From positions 5,427 through 69,426 of the forward strand of contig CALKBP010000035.1 in the NCBI GenBank assembly GCA_937989885.1: DNA of 64,000 nucleotides, written 5' to 3'. Below are positions 27,655-37,403 of this stretch, piece by piece. Both the position numbers and the translations under genes were made by a program. Under the pieces are notes generated by a model. The model worked only from the letters and a program-made list of their open reading frames with translations. It was not told the DNA's origin and did no database searches. This stretch comes from an uncultured Collinsella sp. Lineage in GTDB: Bacteria; Actinomycetota; Coriobacteriia; Coriobacteriales; Coriobacteriaceae. The first letter of the stretch is position 1. Every line of letters starts with the position of its first letter.

Positions 27655-29280
27655 ATGGACGTTCGTACGGACGGCGATATTGCCGATAGTTTTTGGTGGC
27701 GGCGCACAACGCTGACGCGCCGCACTCCTCTGTATGACGCCTGCGTATCGGTGGGACTGCTGGTCGCGGCGACGATTGTGGGCGCGCTGCTCGACCATCC
27801 GGGTCTCGCGCCGAGCATCATGATCGTCTATGTGTTCGCCGTTCAGCTGTGCGCATTCTTTACTTGGAGTCGCCTGTATTGCTTGCTGAGCTCGGCTGCC
27901 GCCGTGGCGCTCTACAACTTCTTGTTTGTCGACCCGCGCTACTCGCTGTCGCTTATCGACCGCGGCTATCCCGGCATGTTCTTCATCATGTTCGTGGTCT
28001 CGCTTGTGTCGAGCTCGATTGCGTTGGCCCTGCGCCGCGCCTTGGCACAGGCTGCCGCCAGCGACCGCCGCACGCATATGGTGCTCGAGACCAACCGCAT
28101 GCTGCAGCGGTGCGCCGATCAGCATCAGATCGTTCATGCCATGGCTACGCAGCTGGCGCGTCTTTCGGGCTGTCCGGTCGTGTGGTACAGCGCCGACGCC
28201 GAGGGCGATGACCTGCTGCCGCGTGCGACGTACACAGCCGTGGGCGATGCCGCGCCGGTGCACGAGCTGGCGCCGCAGATGCCGCCGCGGCTCTCGGCGT
28301 CCGCCTACGTGGGAACGCCGCTTGACGCCACGTTTGGCGGATCGGCGTTCTATGGCATCTACCTGACGGTTCGCACGGGCGACGGCTTCGTGCGCTCGGG
28401 CGACCCCGCCTCGGTGGTGGGCGTGCTGGCTATCGTTGCCGAGCCCGACGTGCTGACGCATGAGGAGCGGACACTTGCCGATGCCATCGTGAGCGAAGGC
28501 GAGCTGGCGCTCGATCGCGCCCGCGCCATGGAGGCCCGCGAAGAAGCGGCGGTACTCGCCAAAAACGAACAGCTGCGCGCCAACCTGCTACGTTCCATCT
28601 CGCACGACCTGCGCACGCCGCTCACCAGTATTTCGGGCAATGCCGATGTCCTGCTCGACCAGGGTTCAACCGGCACCGCGGTGCTCGATGCCCAGACGCG
28701 CCGCGGCCTGCTTCTATCCATTCGCTCGGATGCACTGTGGCTCAACGCCACTGTCGAGAACCTGCTCGCCATCACCAAGCTCGAGGGCGGCGGCATGCAT
28801 CTGTCGACTACGCTCGAGCTCATGGACGATATCGTCGAGGAGGCGCTGCGCCACGTAAGTCCGGCCGTGCGCGAGCACGATCTTAAGGTGGTGCCGTGCG
28901 ACGAGCCGGCGCTCGTCAACGTCGATGCGCGTCTGATGGTGCAGCTGGTGGTCAATCTGGTGAACAACGCCATCACCTATACGCCCGCAGGCTCGCATAT
29001 CATGATTTCGATAAGCGTCGACGATGGACGCGTGGCGTGCTCGGTGGCCGATGACGGCCCGGGCATTGCGCCCGAGGACCGCCAGCGGATCTTTGAGTCG
29101 TTCTACACCGCCAACCACGGTCTTGCCGACAGCCATCGCAGCGTGGGTCTGGGTCTTTCGCTCTGCCGCTCCATTGCGCTGGCGCATGGCGGTAGCATAG
29201 AGGTTGCCGCGGCGGACCCGCACGGCTCGGTCTTTACGATTGAGCTTCCCGTCGCCGACGTTTCGTTTGATAAGGAGTAG
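27655..29280 (+). CDS. Sensor histidine kinase, KdpD C-terminal type (DUF4118 membrane domain + HisKA + HATPase_c; lacks the N-terminal KdpD/Usp domains)
   Basis: Four TM helices near the N-terminus; H-box SHDLRTPLTSISGNADVL; ATPase motifs NLVNNAITYTP, DDGPGI, GLGLSL. Confidence 0.75.
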   Translation: MDVRTDGDIADSFWWRRTTLTRRTPLYDACVSVGLLVAATIVGALLDHPGLAPSIMIVYVFAVQLCAFFTWSRLYCLLSSAAAVALYNFLFVDPRYSLSLIDRGYPGMFFIMFVVSLVSSSIALALRRALAQAAASDRRTHMVLETNRMLQRCADQHQIVHAMATQLARLSGCPVVWYSADAEGDDLLPRATYTAVGDAAPVHELAPQMPPRLSASAYVGTPLDATFGGSAFYGIYLTVRTGDGFVRSGDPASVVGVLAIVAEPDVLTHEERTLADAIVSEGELALDRARAMEAREEAAVLAKNEQLRANLLRSISHDLRTPLTSISGNADVLLDQGSTGTAVLDAQTRRGLLLSIRSDALWLNATVENLLAITKLEGGGMHLSTTLELMDDIVEEALRHVSPAVREHDLKVVPCDEPALVNVDARLMVQLVVNLVNNAITYTPAGSHIMISISVDDGRVACSVADDGPGIAPEDRQRIFESFYTANHGLADSHRSVGLGLSLCRSIALAHGGSIEVAAADPHGSVFTIELPVADVSFDKE

Positions 29281-29284
29281 CGCT

Positions 29285-29998
29285 GTGCCGAACTCTGCCG
29301 TAAAACCGCTCATCTTGGTCGTTGAGGACGACCCCGCCGTTCGCAATCTTATTGTTGCCGCGCTCGAGGCGCACGGCTTGCGTCATATGGCCGTGGAGAC
29401 CGCCCATGCCGCCATTGCCGCTGCCTCATCGCAGGCACCGAGCATTGTGCTGCTCGATCTTGGTCTGCCCGATATGGACGGCGTCAAGGTGGTGGAGTCG
29501 GTGCGCGCATGGTCGGGCATGCCGATCATCGTGGTCTCGGCGCGCAGTGAGGATGCGGACAAGATTCGCGCACTCGATGCCGGCGCCGACGATTACCTGA
29601 CCAAGCCGTTTTCGGTCGAGGAGTTGCTCGCGCGCATTCGCACGACGCTCAGGCGTCTTTCGTATGCGCAGACGGGCGGCGTTGTCTCTGAGGGTTCGTT
29701 TGATACCGGTGAGCTGCATATCGATTTTGACGCCGGCATCGCCACGATGGATGGCGAGGAGCTGCATCTGACGCCGATCGAGTACAAACTGCTATGCCTG
29801 CTGGCGCATAACGCCGACAAAGTGCTGACGCACCAGTTTATCCTGCACGAGATTTGGGGCACGGCAACTAAGAGCGACCTGGCGAGCCTGCGTGTCTTTA
29901 TGGGCACGCTGCGCAAGAAGATCGAGTCCGACCCCGCGCACCCGCGCTATATCCAAACGCACGTGGGTATTGGTTACCGATTGGTCATCCAGGGATAG
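29285..29998 (+). CDS. OmpR/KdpE-family response regulator
   Basis: GTG at 29285 after aaggagtagcgct. Receiver domain ILVVEDDPAVRNL...LLDLGLPDMDG...DDYLTKPF plus C-terminal winged-helix (LTPIEYKLLCLLAHN...YIQTHVGIGYRL). Confidence 0.8.
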   Translation: MPNSAVKPLILVVEDDPAVRNLIVAALEAHGLRHMAVETAHAAIAAASSQAPSIVLLDLGLPDMDGVKVVESVRAWSGMPIIVVSARSEDADKIRALDAGADDYLTKPFSVEELLARIRTTLRRLSYAQTGGVVSEGSFDTGELHIDFDAGIATMDGEELHLTPIEYKLLCLLAHNADKVLTHQFILHEIWGTATKSDLASLRVFMGTLRKKIESDPAHPRYIQTHVGIGYRLVIQG

Positions 29999-30024
29999 GT
30001 CGGCATCCGCCATCCCACTATGAG

Positions 30025-30088
30025 TTGCGGTGAAATACGGTCTAAATTTGCCTAATTCCAGGCAAAACAGTCCGTATTCCACCGCAAC
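30025..30088. repeat. Conserved hairpin element, family 1, copy 2
   Basis: gttgcggtgaaatacgg ... ccgtattccaccgcaac; same stems/flanks as 10052-10116. Sits between the convergent kdpE-like and rlmKL genes. Confidence 0.7.
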
Positions 30089-30092
30089 TTCG

Positions 30093-32660
30093 TTATTTGC
30101 CCTTGGGCTTGCTGGCGTAGAACTTTTTCTTTTTGGGCTTGCCGGCGGGGGAGGGCTTGCCGACAAAGTTGGGCTTGCCGTTGCCGGTCTGCGCGTGCGC
30201 GGGCGCCGTTGCGCGAGGCTTGCGCGCCTCGGGGTTGCGCAGCTCCTCGGTTCGCTCGGCAATCTCCTCGGCGCTAAAGCCGACCTCGGCCATGGCGTCC
30301 TCGATGGGCAGGCGGCGCACGATATAGCAATGGTGCACCTTCTGGTTGCGCGCGAAGTCCTCTGGGATGGTTTGCGCCGTAATGTCCTCCAGCACGACGC
30401 CCGCGCGCGCGAGCTTGCGCGTCTCGGGGCGGAAGCCACGCAGGTTGCAGCTAAAGATGGCGTGGCCGCCCTGTGCGAGCAGGCGCGATACGCCGGCCAA
30501 AAGCTCGACATGGTCGCGCTGGACATCCCAGGTGCGGCGGCCCATCTTGGACGAGTTCGAGAACGTGGGCGGGTCGACAAAGATCAGGTCCCAGCGGTTG
30601 CGCGTCTGGCGTTGGTCGCGAATCCAGGCGAGCACGTCGTCGCGCACAAAATGATGCTGCGGTCCCACAAAGTCGTTTTGGCGCATGTTGCGCTCGGCCC
30701 AGTCCAGGTAGGTGTTGGAGAGGTCGACCGTCACGGTCTCCTCGACGCCGCCGTCCGCCGCGTAGCAGGTGGCGGTGCCGGTATAGGCAAACAGGTTGAG
30801 GAAGCGACGCGCCTGCTTGGCGTGCTCGCGCACCAGGTTGCGGGTGACGCGGTGATCCAGGAAGATGCCCACATCCAGATAATCGTCAAAGTTGACGGCA
30901 AAGGTGAGTCCGCCCTCTTCGATGAGCGGCAGGCGACGGCGAGCGATGTTGGCGCGCTCGCCTGATGCGCCCTTACCGGCGCCCTGCTTGCCGTACTGCG
31001 AGCCGCCACGCGAGCGCATGCGGGCCTTGGCGTGCACATGCTCGGCCGGAACATCCAGGATGCGCGGCGCGATGGCCAAGATGTCGAGCATGCGGGCCTG
31101 GGCTAGCGCGGGATCGATGGTCTTAGGCGCGGCGTACTCGGCGATGACGAGCCAGCGGCCCGGCGTCTGCGGGCAGCCCTCGTACAGATCGATGGCGGCG
31201 GAGTAGTCGGGTAGGTCGGCATCGTAGACGCGGTAGCAGCTCACGCCCTCGCGCTTGGCCCACTTGCGACGCAGACGGGCATTCTTACGCAGGCGGTTGG
31301 CGAACTGCTCGGACTCGGGGATGAGCACGGGCAGCGGCTTGCCGTCGCCCAGGTCGAGCATGGCGGCAGGTTCGGGCATGGGGGTGTTGGCGGCGTTGTC
31401 GTTGACTTCGTTGGCATCCGCAACCTCGGCCTCGGCATCCGCACTGGTCGAAGCCTCAAACGCCGCGGCGGCGTGGTCGAGCGAGGGCCAAACCTCAATA
31501 GTTGCCTCCTCGTTATTGGGCATGACGGCGATCGAGCGCTCGGGCTCGGCGTGGAGCGCGCGGGCCAGCAATCCATCGCGGGTGAGCGCGGCGACCGGCG
31601 CCGCGGAAAGCTCGGGCGCGCGGCGCAGCTCACCGACCAGCGTCATGGCGTCGTGCATGAGCGAAAGCGGGGTCTCGGTGGTGTCCGCGACCACGGCGGC
31701 ACCGGCGACGGCGCCCGCGTGGTCCAGCACGGTGGCTGGCTTGGCAGCGCAAAAGTCGACAAAACGCTTGTAGCCGGCGCACTTGACCATGCGCTCGGCA
31801 GTCTTGCGGGCGGCGGGGTCAATGTCCACGGCGACGATGCGCGCCTGGCGCTCACGCGCCGCGGTCTCGCGCTCGCGCGCCTCGGCAAGCAGCTGCTCCC
31901 ACAGGGCGGCGTCGTGCAGCTGCCAGCCCTCAAAGCCCCAGCGCTCGCGTGCGGCGCCCGGGGCGCGGTCGGTCAGAATGTTCACGGCCTCCAGCAGCAG
32001 ACCGCCGCCGGCGCACGAGGCGTCGATCAGCGTAGGCAGCGCTTCGTTTTCGTAATCATCGGCCGTCAGCTCGCGCTCGCACAGTGCGGTCCAGCCGACC
32101 TGCGCCAGCACCAGGGCGGCGTAGTCGGGGCGCAGCACGTGCGCGCCCTCGCCGGCGCGGGTCGCTGCGGGCGGCAGGCGTTTGAACAGCGGGTCGCCTG
32201 AAAGGTCCAGGCTGATGCTCGCGCGGCGCTGGCGCAGCGAAAGCAGCAGGTGAACGTCGGGGTCGGCAGCATCGACGTCGGCGCGACGGCCCGTGGTCTC
32301 GGCCAGACGGTCGCACAGCGCGTCTTTGGCGCGCAGGGCCGAGAAGCGCGTGTTGCGCAGCTGCTCGGTCACGCCGCGGGCTGTGATGGCGATGGTGGCG
32401 CCGGGGCGGACGATGCTCTCCCAGGCGATGTCGTAAACGCTATCGTACAGTTCATCGGCATTCTGCGCCTCAAAGCGCCCGAGCACCACGAACACGCGGC
32501 TCGCCAGGCGCGACCACAGGCATGCTCGGTAGCCTTGCTCGAGCTCGCCCTCAAATGTAGCGCGGCCCTTCAGCCGGCGAACATGCGAAAGCCCGAGGCG
32601 TTTAAGCTCATCGGCGAGTGCGGACTCAAAGCCCTCGGGGCAGCTTGCGTAAAATTCCAT
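30093..32660 (-). CDS. rlmL: 23S rRNA (guanine2445-N2 / guanine2069-N7) methyltransferase RlmKL, with lysine-rich C-terminal tail
   Basis: N-terminal THUMP + methyltransferase (WSRLASRVFVVLGRF, ISLDLSGDPLFKR, LDASCAGGGLLLEA) and C-terminal RlmK-like module (RVYDADLPDYSAAIDLYEG, FVDPPTFSNSSKMGRRTWDVQRDH, DFARNQKVHHCYIVRR). Colinear with E. coli RlmL. The C-terminus adds KPNFVGKPSPAGKPKKKKFYASKPKGK. Confidence 0.8.
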   Translation of the reverse strand: MEFYASCPEGFESALADELKRLGLSHVRRLKGRATFEGELEQGYRACLWSRLASRVFVVLGRFEAQNADELYDSVYDIAWESIVRPGATIAITARGVTEQLRNTRFSALRAKDALCDRLAETTGRRADVDAADPDVHLLLSLRQRRASISLDLSGDPLFKRLPPAATRAGEGAHVLRPDYAALVLAQVGWTALCERELTADDYENEALPTLIDASCAGGGLLLEAVNILTDRAPGAARERWGFEGWQLHDAALWEQLLAEARERETAARERQARIVAVDIDPAARKTAERMVKCAGYKRFVDFCAAKPATVLDHAGAVAGAAVVADTTETPLSLMHDAMTLVGELRRAPELSAAPVAALTRDGLLARALHAEPERSIAVMPNNEEATIEVWPSLDHAAAAFEASTSADAEAEVADANEVNDNAANTPMPEPAAMLDLGDGKPLPVLIPESEQFANRLRKNARLRRKWAKREGVSCYRVYDADLPDYSAAIDLYEGCPQTPGRWLVIAEYAAPKTIDPALAQARMLDILAIAPRILDVPAEHVHAKARMRSRGGSQYGKQGAGKGASGERANIARRRLPLIEEGGLTFAVNFDDYLDVGIFLDHRVTRNLVREHAKQARRFLNLFAYTGTATCYAADGGVEETVTVDLSNTYLDWAERNMRQNDFVGPQHHFVRDDVLAWIRDQRQTRNRWDLIFVDPPTFSNSSKMGRRTWDVQRDHVELLAGVSRLLAQGGHAIFSCNLRGFRPETRKLARAGVVLEDITAQTIPEDFARNQKVHHCYIVRRLPIEDAMAEVGFSAEEIAERTEELRNPEARKPRATAPAHAQTGNGKPNFVGKPSPAGKPKKKKFYASKPKGK

Positions 32661-32735
32661 GGGTGACCTCTCTGGTTGCGTCGCTTCATTATATGATGGA
32701 TGCTTCGTTTGCCCTTATCCTCGAAAGGAACCCAT

Positions 32736-33563
32736 ATGATTGATGCGTGCCCCGATTCCGCCGTGCTCTTTTTTGACGTGGACGGCACGCTGACGTCGTT
32801 CGATCCCGACGATATGACCGATAAGGACTTTTCGGCGGTTCGCCCCTCGCAGATGGTCGTCGAGGCGTTTCATCGTCTGCGCGACGCGGGGCACAAGGCG
32901 TTTATCTGCACGGGTCGCCCCCTGTGGCTCATCGCGGACAGCTTGCGTGCGCTCGACCCCGCGGGTGTCGTTGCCATGGCGGGCGCCACGCTCGAGGTCG
33001 AGGGCCGCGTGGTGCATGAGGACTGCTTTGGCGAGGACGTTATCGAGGAGCTTGCACGCCGTATGGCCGCGGCAGGGATTGAGGCCTTTTTCGAGACCAA
33101 CGTGGCTACTTTTGCCCTGGAACCCGCGGGTGTTGAGCAGTCGTCTCTGATCGGCACTTCTGTGGTGCACAGCGCCGAGGAAATGCGCGTCGACGGCAGT
33201 CTGCGCGTGGGCAAGGTATGCCTCAATGTGCCCAGTTTGGCTCGCGTTGCCAACGATGACGGCTTTATCGATCGCGAGTTTGAGCTGTGCAATACCGGTG
33301 GTCGGAATCGCGAGCTGAGCCCCAAGGGCATCAACAAGGGCGTGGGCGTGGCGCGAGCGCTGGCGTATCTGGGCCGCGAGGGAAATGCGCGCACCTTTGG
33401 CTTTGGCGATTCGGGCAACGACCTGGGCATGCTCGCTGCCGTCGAGACGGCTGTCGCCATGGGCAACGCCATGTCCGAGGTCAAAGCGGTCGCCGACTAC
33501 GTGACTGACGATGTCGCACACGACGGCACCGTCACCGCCATGCAGCATTTCGGCCTCATCTAA
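32736..33563 (+). CDS. Cof-type HAD-IIB family hydrolase
   Basis: N-terminal FFDVDGTL (HAD motif I), C-terminal GDSGNDLGML (motif IV). Confidence 0.65.
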   Translation: MIDACPDSAVLFFDVDGTLTSFDPDDMTDKDFSAVRPSQMVVEAFHRLRDAGHKAFICTGRPLWLIADSLRALDPAGVVAMAGATLEVEGRVVHEDCFGEDVIEELARRMAAAGIEAFFETNVATFALEPAGVEQSSLIGTSVVHSAEEMRVDGSLRVGKVCLNVPSLARVANDDGFIDREFELCNTGGRNRELSPKGINKGVGVARALAYLGREGNARTFGFGDSGNDLGMLAAVETAVAMGNAMSEVKAVADYVTDDVAHDGTVTAMQHFGLI

Positions 33564-33756
33564 TGAATCCCGCATTCTGACGTTTGCCTAAACTGCGGCT
33601 CTTTGCTTTTGCATGCTCAATCGATTTATCAAACCAAACACTAAAGCGTTTATACCGTTCGCCGAGAAGATAAAAACCCGCAGCTCACGCCTTGATAAAC
33701 ATAGGTAAAGTGTTTAGCAGTTTATCGGCCGTATGCTAACGAAAGGAATCAGGCAG

Positions 33757-34461
33757 ATGGCAATCAAGGTGTTCGCTGACGGTGCAAACCTCGAGGGCAT
33801 GCTCGACATGTACGAGAACGGCAACGTTCAGGGTTTCACGACCAACCCGTCCCTTATGAAGAAGGGTGGCGTGACGGATTACCGCGCGTTTGCCAAGGAG
33901 GTTCTGGCTCACATCACCGATGTGTCCGTCTCGTTTGAGGTCTTTGCCGATGACGTCGAGACCATGGAGGTCGAGGCCCGCGAGATCGCTACCTGGGCCG
34001 AGAACGTCTACGTCAAGATTCCGTGCGTGACCACCAAGGGCGAGTCCACCGCCGAGCTGGTCCGCAAGCTTTCGGCCGACGGCATCAAGGTCAACGTCAC
34101 CACCATCTTTACGCCCGAGCAGGTCGACGAGATGGTCGAGGCCGTTGACGCCGAGACGCCGTCAATCATCTCGCTCTTTGCCGGCCGTATCGCCGATACC
34201 GGCGTCGATCCCATTCCGTTTATGACGGAGTCGGTCAAGAAGGCCGCCGCCAAGCCCAACTGCGAGGTCCTGTGGGCGTCCACACGCGAGCTCATCAACA
34301 TCTACCAGGCCGAAGCCTGCGGTTGCCAAATCATCACGGTGCCCAACAGCATCCTGGCCAAGCGCAAGAACATCGGCCGCGACCCGTACGAGGTCTCGCT
34401 CGACACCGTGCGCGGCTTTGCCAAGGATATCGCCGCTTTGGGCTTCCATATTCTGCCGTAA
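33757..34461 (+). CDS. Transaldolase-family protein (fructose-6-phosphate aldolase / TalC-like, short form)
   Basis: FTTNPSLM motif and ~235-aa size typical of Fsa/TalC. ATG at 33757 after gaaaggaatcaggcag. Confidence 0.75.
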   Translation: MAIKVFADGANLEGMLDMYENGNVQGFTTNPSLMKKGGVTDYRAFAKEVLAHITDVSVSFEVFADDVETMEVEAREIATWAENVYVKIPCVTTKGESTAELVRKLSADGIKVNVTTIFTPEQVDEMVEAVDAETPSIISLFAGRIADTGVDPIPFMTESVKKAAAKPNCEVLWASTRELINIYQAEACGCQIITVPNSILAKRKNIGRDPYEVSLDTVRGFAKDIAALGFHILP

Positions 34462-34491
34462 CGCGAACACTGGCTGCGCCGCGGGTTGTTC

Positions 34492-34564
34492 GCCCCGGCC
34501 TTTCCTTTCCCTATCGCTCACGCGCTTCGCGAGGGTCGCGCTAGGCAAAGGAAAGGCCGGGGCT
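34492..34564. repeat. ~26-bp inverted repeat hairpin (gccccggcctttcctttccctatcgc / gcgctaggcaaaggaaaggccggggc)
   Basis: Read directly, 30 bp after the transaldolase stop. It is followed at 34598-34616 by a duplicate of the last ~19 nt of that gene (ggcttccatatcctgccgt). Confidence 0.5.
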
Positions 34565-34699
34565 GCCGACACGAGCTTGCCGGTAGGTTGGTAATCGGCT
34601 TCCATATCCTGCCGTGGGCAAAGGTACCCCCTGCAGCGACGTGCAAAATCGAGAGTATTCAGCAAGGTAAAGGCTTTTACCAGCTAGATAAAGCACGGA

Positions 34700-34747
34700 A
34701 CAGCCCCCGTTTTGGCTCTGATGATGCTAAAACGGGGGCTGTTTTTG
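34700..34747 (+). terminator. Rho-independent terminator
   Basis: aacagcccccgtttt...aaaacgggggctgtt followed by ttttt. Confidence 0.6.
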
Positions 34748-34844
34748 ACTTTATTGCCTCTGAGGGGCGTTCGGAGCGGCAGAAATTGCAGAATACTCGC
34801 GATTTTGCACATCGCGAGAGGGGGGGGGCCTTGCTTTAGGTGGT

Positions 34845-36992
34845 TTACTTCCCCTGCACCATGGTGAGCGAGATCTTCTTGCGGTCGCGATCGACCTTTT
34901 CCACCCACACCTTTACCGTGTCGCCGACGCGTACCACGTCGCTCGGGTGCTTGACGAAGCGGTTGGCCAGCTTGGAGATGTGTACGAGGCCGTCCTGGTG
35001 CACGCCCACGTCGACGAAGGCGCCAAAGTCCACAACGTTGCGCACCGTGCCCTTGAGCTCCATGCCGGGCTCCAGGTCATCGATGGAAAGTGCCGAGCGG
35101 CTAAAGACCACCTCGGGCGCGTCGTCGCGCGGGTCGCGGCCGGGCTTCTTGAGCTCGTTGACGATGTCGATGAGCGTGAGGGTGCCGCAGTCCAGGTCGC
35201 TTGCCAGCGCCGAGATGCTGCCCAGACGGCGCTCAATGTCGGGCACGCCGCCACGGCTGAGCTCGCTGGCTTTAACGCCTGCGCGCTCCAGGACGGACGT
35301 GGCCACCTCGTAGCTTTCGGGGTGGACGCTCGTCGCGTCGAGCGGGTTCTTGCCACCGCTGATGCGCAGGAAGCCCGCGGCGTTGAGATATGCCTTGGGC
35401 CCCAGTTTGGGGACCTTCTTAAGCTGGCGGCGATCGGTAAAGGCACCGTTTTCCTCGCGGTAGGCCACGATGTTCTTGGCCACGCTCGGCGTAATGCCCG
35501 ATACGTATCCCAGCAGGCTCGCGCTCGCGGTGTTCACGTCGACACCCACGCGGTTGACGACGTCCTCCACCACGTGGCCCAGGGTGCGCGAGAGCTCGGC
35601 CTGGTCAAGGTCGTGCTGGTACTGGCCCACGCCGATGGACTGGGGCGGAATCTTGACGAGCTCTGCCAGTGGGTCCTGCAGGCGGCGGCCCAGGCTCATG
35701 GCGCCGCGCACGGTGACGTCCAGGTCGGGATACTCCTGGCTCGCGAGCTCGGAGGCGGAGTACACCGACGCGCCGGCCTCGTTAACAATGGTGTATCGCA
35801 GCCCAGGCGCCTGCTCGGCAATGAACTCCGAGACGACTTCCTCGGTCTCGCGGCTGGCGGTGCCGTTGCCGATGACGATGGTGTTGACGCCGTCCTTCTT
35901 GACGAGGCGGGCGAGTTCGCGCTTGGTGCCGGCGACGTCGTGGCGCGGCTTGGTGGGGTAGACCACGCCGTGGTCGAGCAGTTTGCCGGTCTCGTCCATG
36001 ACGGCGACCTTGCAGCCCGTGCGGTAGCCCGGGTCGAGCGCGAGCACGCGGGCGCCACGGACGGGGCGTGCCGAGAGCAGGCCTTCGAGATTCTTGGCAA
36101 AGACGTTGATGGCCTCGGTCTGGGCGCGGACGGTGAGCTTAGCACGGGCCTCGCGCTCCAGCGAGGGGGCCATGAGGCGCTTGTAGCCGTCAGCGATAGC
36201 GGCGTCAAAGACGGGCGCGAACACGCCCTGGCGTCGGGGCCAACGGCTGCCGAGGCGTGCCGTGGCGGCGGCGCCGTCGACGTTCACGCGCACGCGGAGC
36301 TTGCCCTCGCGCTCACCGCGGTCGATAGCCAGCACGCGGTGGTTGGGTATACGGCGCAGCGGCTCATCATAGCTGTAGTACGGCTCGTAGGGAGTCTTTT
36401 CGGCGGGGTCGGTGGCCTCGACGACGATGTCGGCGGTGTTTTGCGTAAAGGCGCGCAGGTCGGCGACGTTCTCGGGGTCCTCGGCTACCGTCTCGGCCAC
36501 GATGTCGGCGGCGCCGGCGAGCGCCTTCTCGGGCGTGTCGAAGCCGGCCTCCTCGTTGACGTATGCCGCGGCGGCGTCGAGTGCGCTGCCCTTGGCCGAG
36601 GCCTGCATGATGATCATGTTGGCGAGCGGCTCCAGGCCGGCCTCGCGGGCCTTTTGCGCGCGGGTCATGCGCTTTTTGCGGTAGGGCTTGTAGAGGTCCT
36701 CGACACGCTGGAGCTGCGTGGCCTCGCGAATCTGCTGCTCGAGTTCGGGCGTGAGTTTGCCCTGGGCGTCGATGAGCAGAACGACGTCCTCTTTACGCTG
36801 CTCGAGATTGCGCAGGTAGGACAGGCGCTCGTCGAGTGCGCGCAGGGCGACGTCGTCCATGCCGCCCGTGGCTTCCTTGCGGTAGCGCGAGATAAAGGGG
36901 ATGGTGTTGCCCTCGTCGATGAGCTTGACGGCTGCCTCGACGTTGGCGGCCTTAAGGTTGAGCTCGCGGGCGAGCTGGGCGATAAGATCCAT
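34845..36992 (-). CDS. tex: Transcription accessory protein Tex (S1 + YqgF + HhH domains)
   Basis: MDLIAQLARELNLKAANVEAAVKLIDEGNTIPFISRYRKE, the hallmark Tex N-terminus; C-terminal S1 domain GMELKGTVRNVVDFGAFVDVG...ISLTM. Start taken at the internal ATG 36992 preceded by aaggag; the ORF-track 5' extension is not supported. Confidence 0.85.
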   Translation of the reverse strand: MDLIAQLARELNLKAANVEAAVKLIDEGNTIPFISRYRKEATGGMDDVALRALDERLSYLRNLEQRKEDVVLLIDAQGKLTPELEQQIREATQLQRVEDLYKPYRKKRMTRAQKAREAGLEPLANMIIMQASAKGSALDAAAAYVNEEAGFDTPEKALAGAADIVAETVAEDPENVADLRAFTQNTADIVVEATDPAEKTPYEPYYSYDEPLRRIPNHRVLAIDRGEREGKLRVRVNVDGAAATARLGSRWPRRQGVFAPVFDAAIADGYKRLMAPSLEREARAKLTVRAQTEAINVFAKNLEGLLSARPVRGARVLALDPGYRTGCKVAVMDETGKLLDHGVVYPTKPRHDVAGTKRELARLVKKDGVNTIVIGNGTASRETEEVVSEFIAEQAPGLRYTIVNEAGASVYSASELASQEYPDLDVTVRGAMSLGRRLQDPLAELVKIPPQSIGVGQYQHDLDQAELSRTLGHVVEDVVNRVGVDVNTASASLLGYVSGITPSVAKNIVAYREENGAFTDRRQLKKVPKLGPKAYLNAAGFLRISGGKNPLDATSVHPESYEVATSVLERAGVKASELSRGGVPDIERRLGSISALASDLDCGTLTLIDIVNELKKPGRDPRDDAPEVVFSRSALSIDDLEPGMELKGTVRNVVDFGAFVDVGVHQDGLVHISKLANRFVKHPSDVVRVGDTVKVWVEKVDRDRKKISLTMVQGK

Positions 36993-37074
36993 GAAACTCC
37001 TTGCGGTAAAGGTGCGTTTGCAGCACAGAGCTACCAAGGATACCACCCGTCCCAAAAGACTGTTTTGGGGTTGC

Positions 37075-37234
37075 GCCACGAAAGGGGCCTATCTACTACG
37101 TTTGAACCGTATGGGTCGACCATCCCCCGGTTTTCCGAAAATCGGCAAGCCGTCTACCTGCGGTTTTAATTTCGCGAAATTCGGCATGGTTGAGGGTAAT
37201 CGGTTAAACGTAGTAGATAGGCCCATTTGGTGGC
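37075..37234. mobile_element. MITE-like element, copy B
   Basis: gccacgaaaggggcctatctactacgtttgaacc ... ggttaaacgtagtagataggcccatttggtggc. Internal ccggttttccgaaaatcgg palindrome and ctacctgcggtttt core. Confidence 0.7.
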
Positions 37235-37403
37235 GAACGAATCAAGCCGAGGTGCAAAATAGCCCCCGCCCCAGAAAAATCGTCGTTAAGGTAGCAAAAA
37301 GCCCCGCGGGCAGGAGGCTGCTCGCGGGGCAAAGAAGAGGGGCATATTTGTGGCGGACCGAGGGGTTCGGCATGGGGTTTCTGCCGCGGCCGCTCTTAAG
37401 GCA

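Noticed and set aside
34947-37169. Peptide similarity between ORF tails (…ERGLSTTF…YLRF) in unrelated ORFs, as evidence of a protein family
   Set aside because: The shared peptides are translations of the MITE-like DNA repeat in the same frame, not genuine protein homology.
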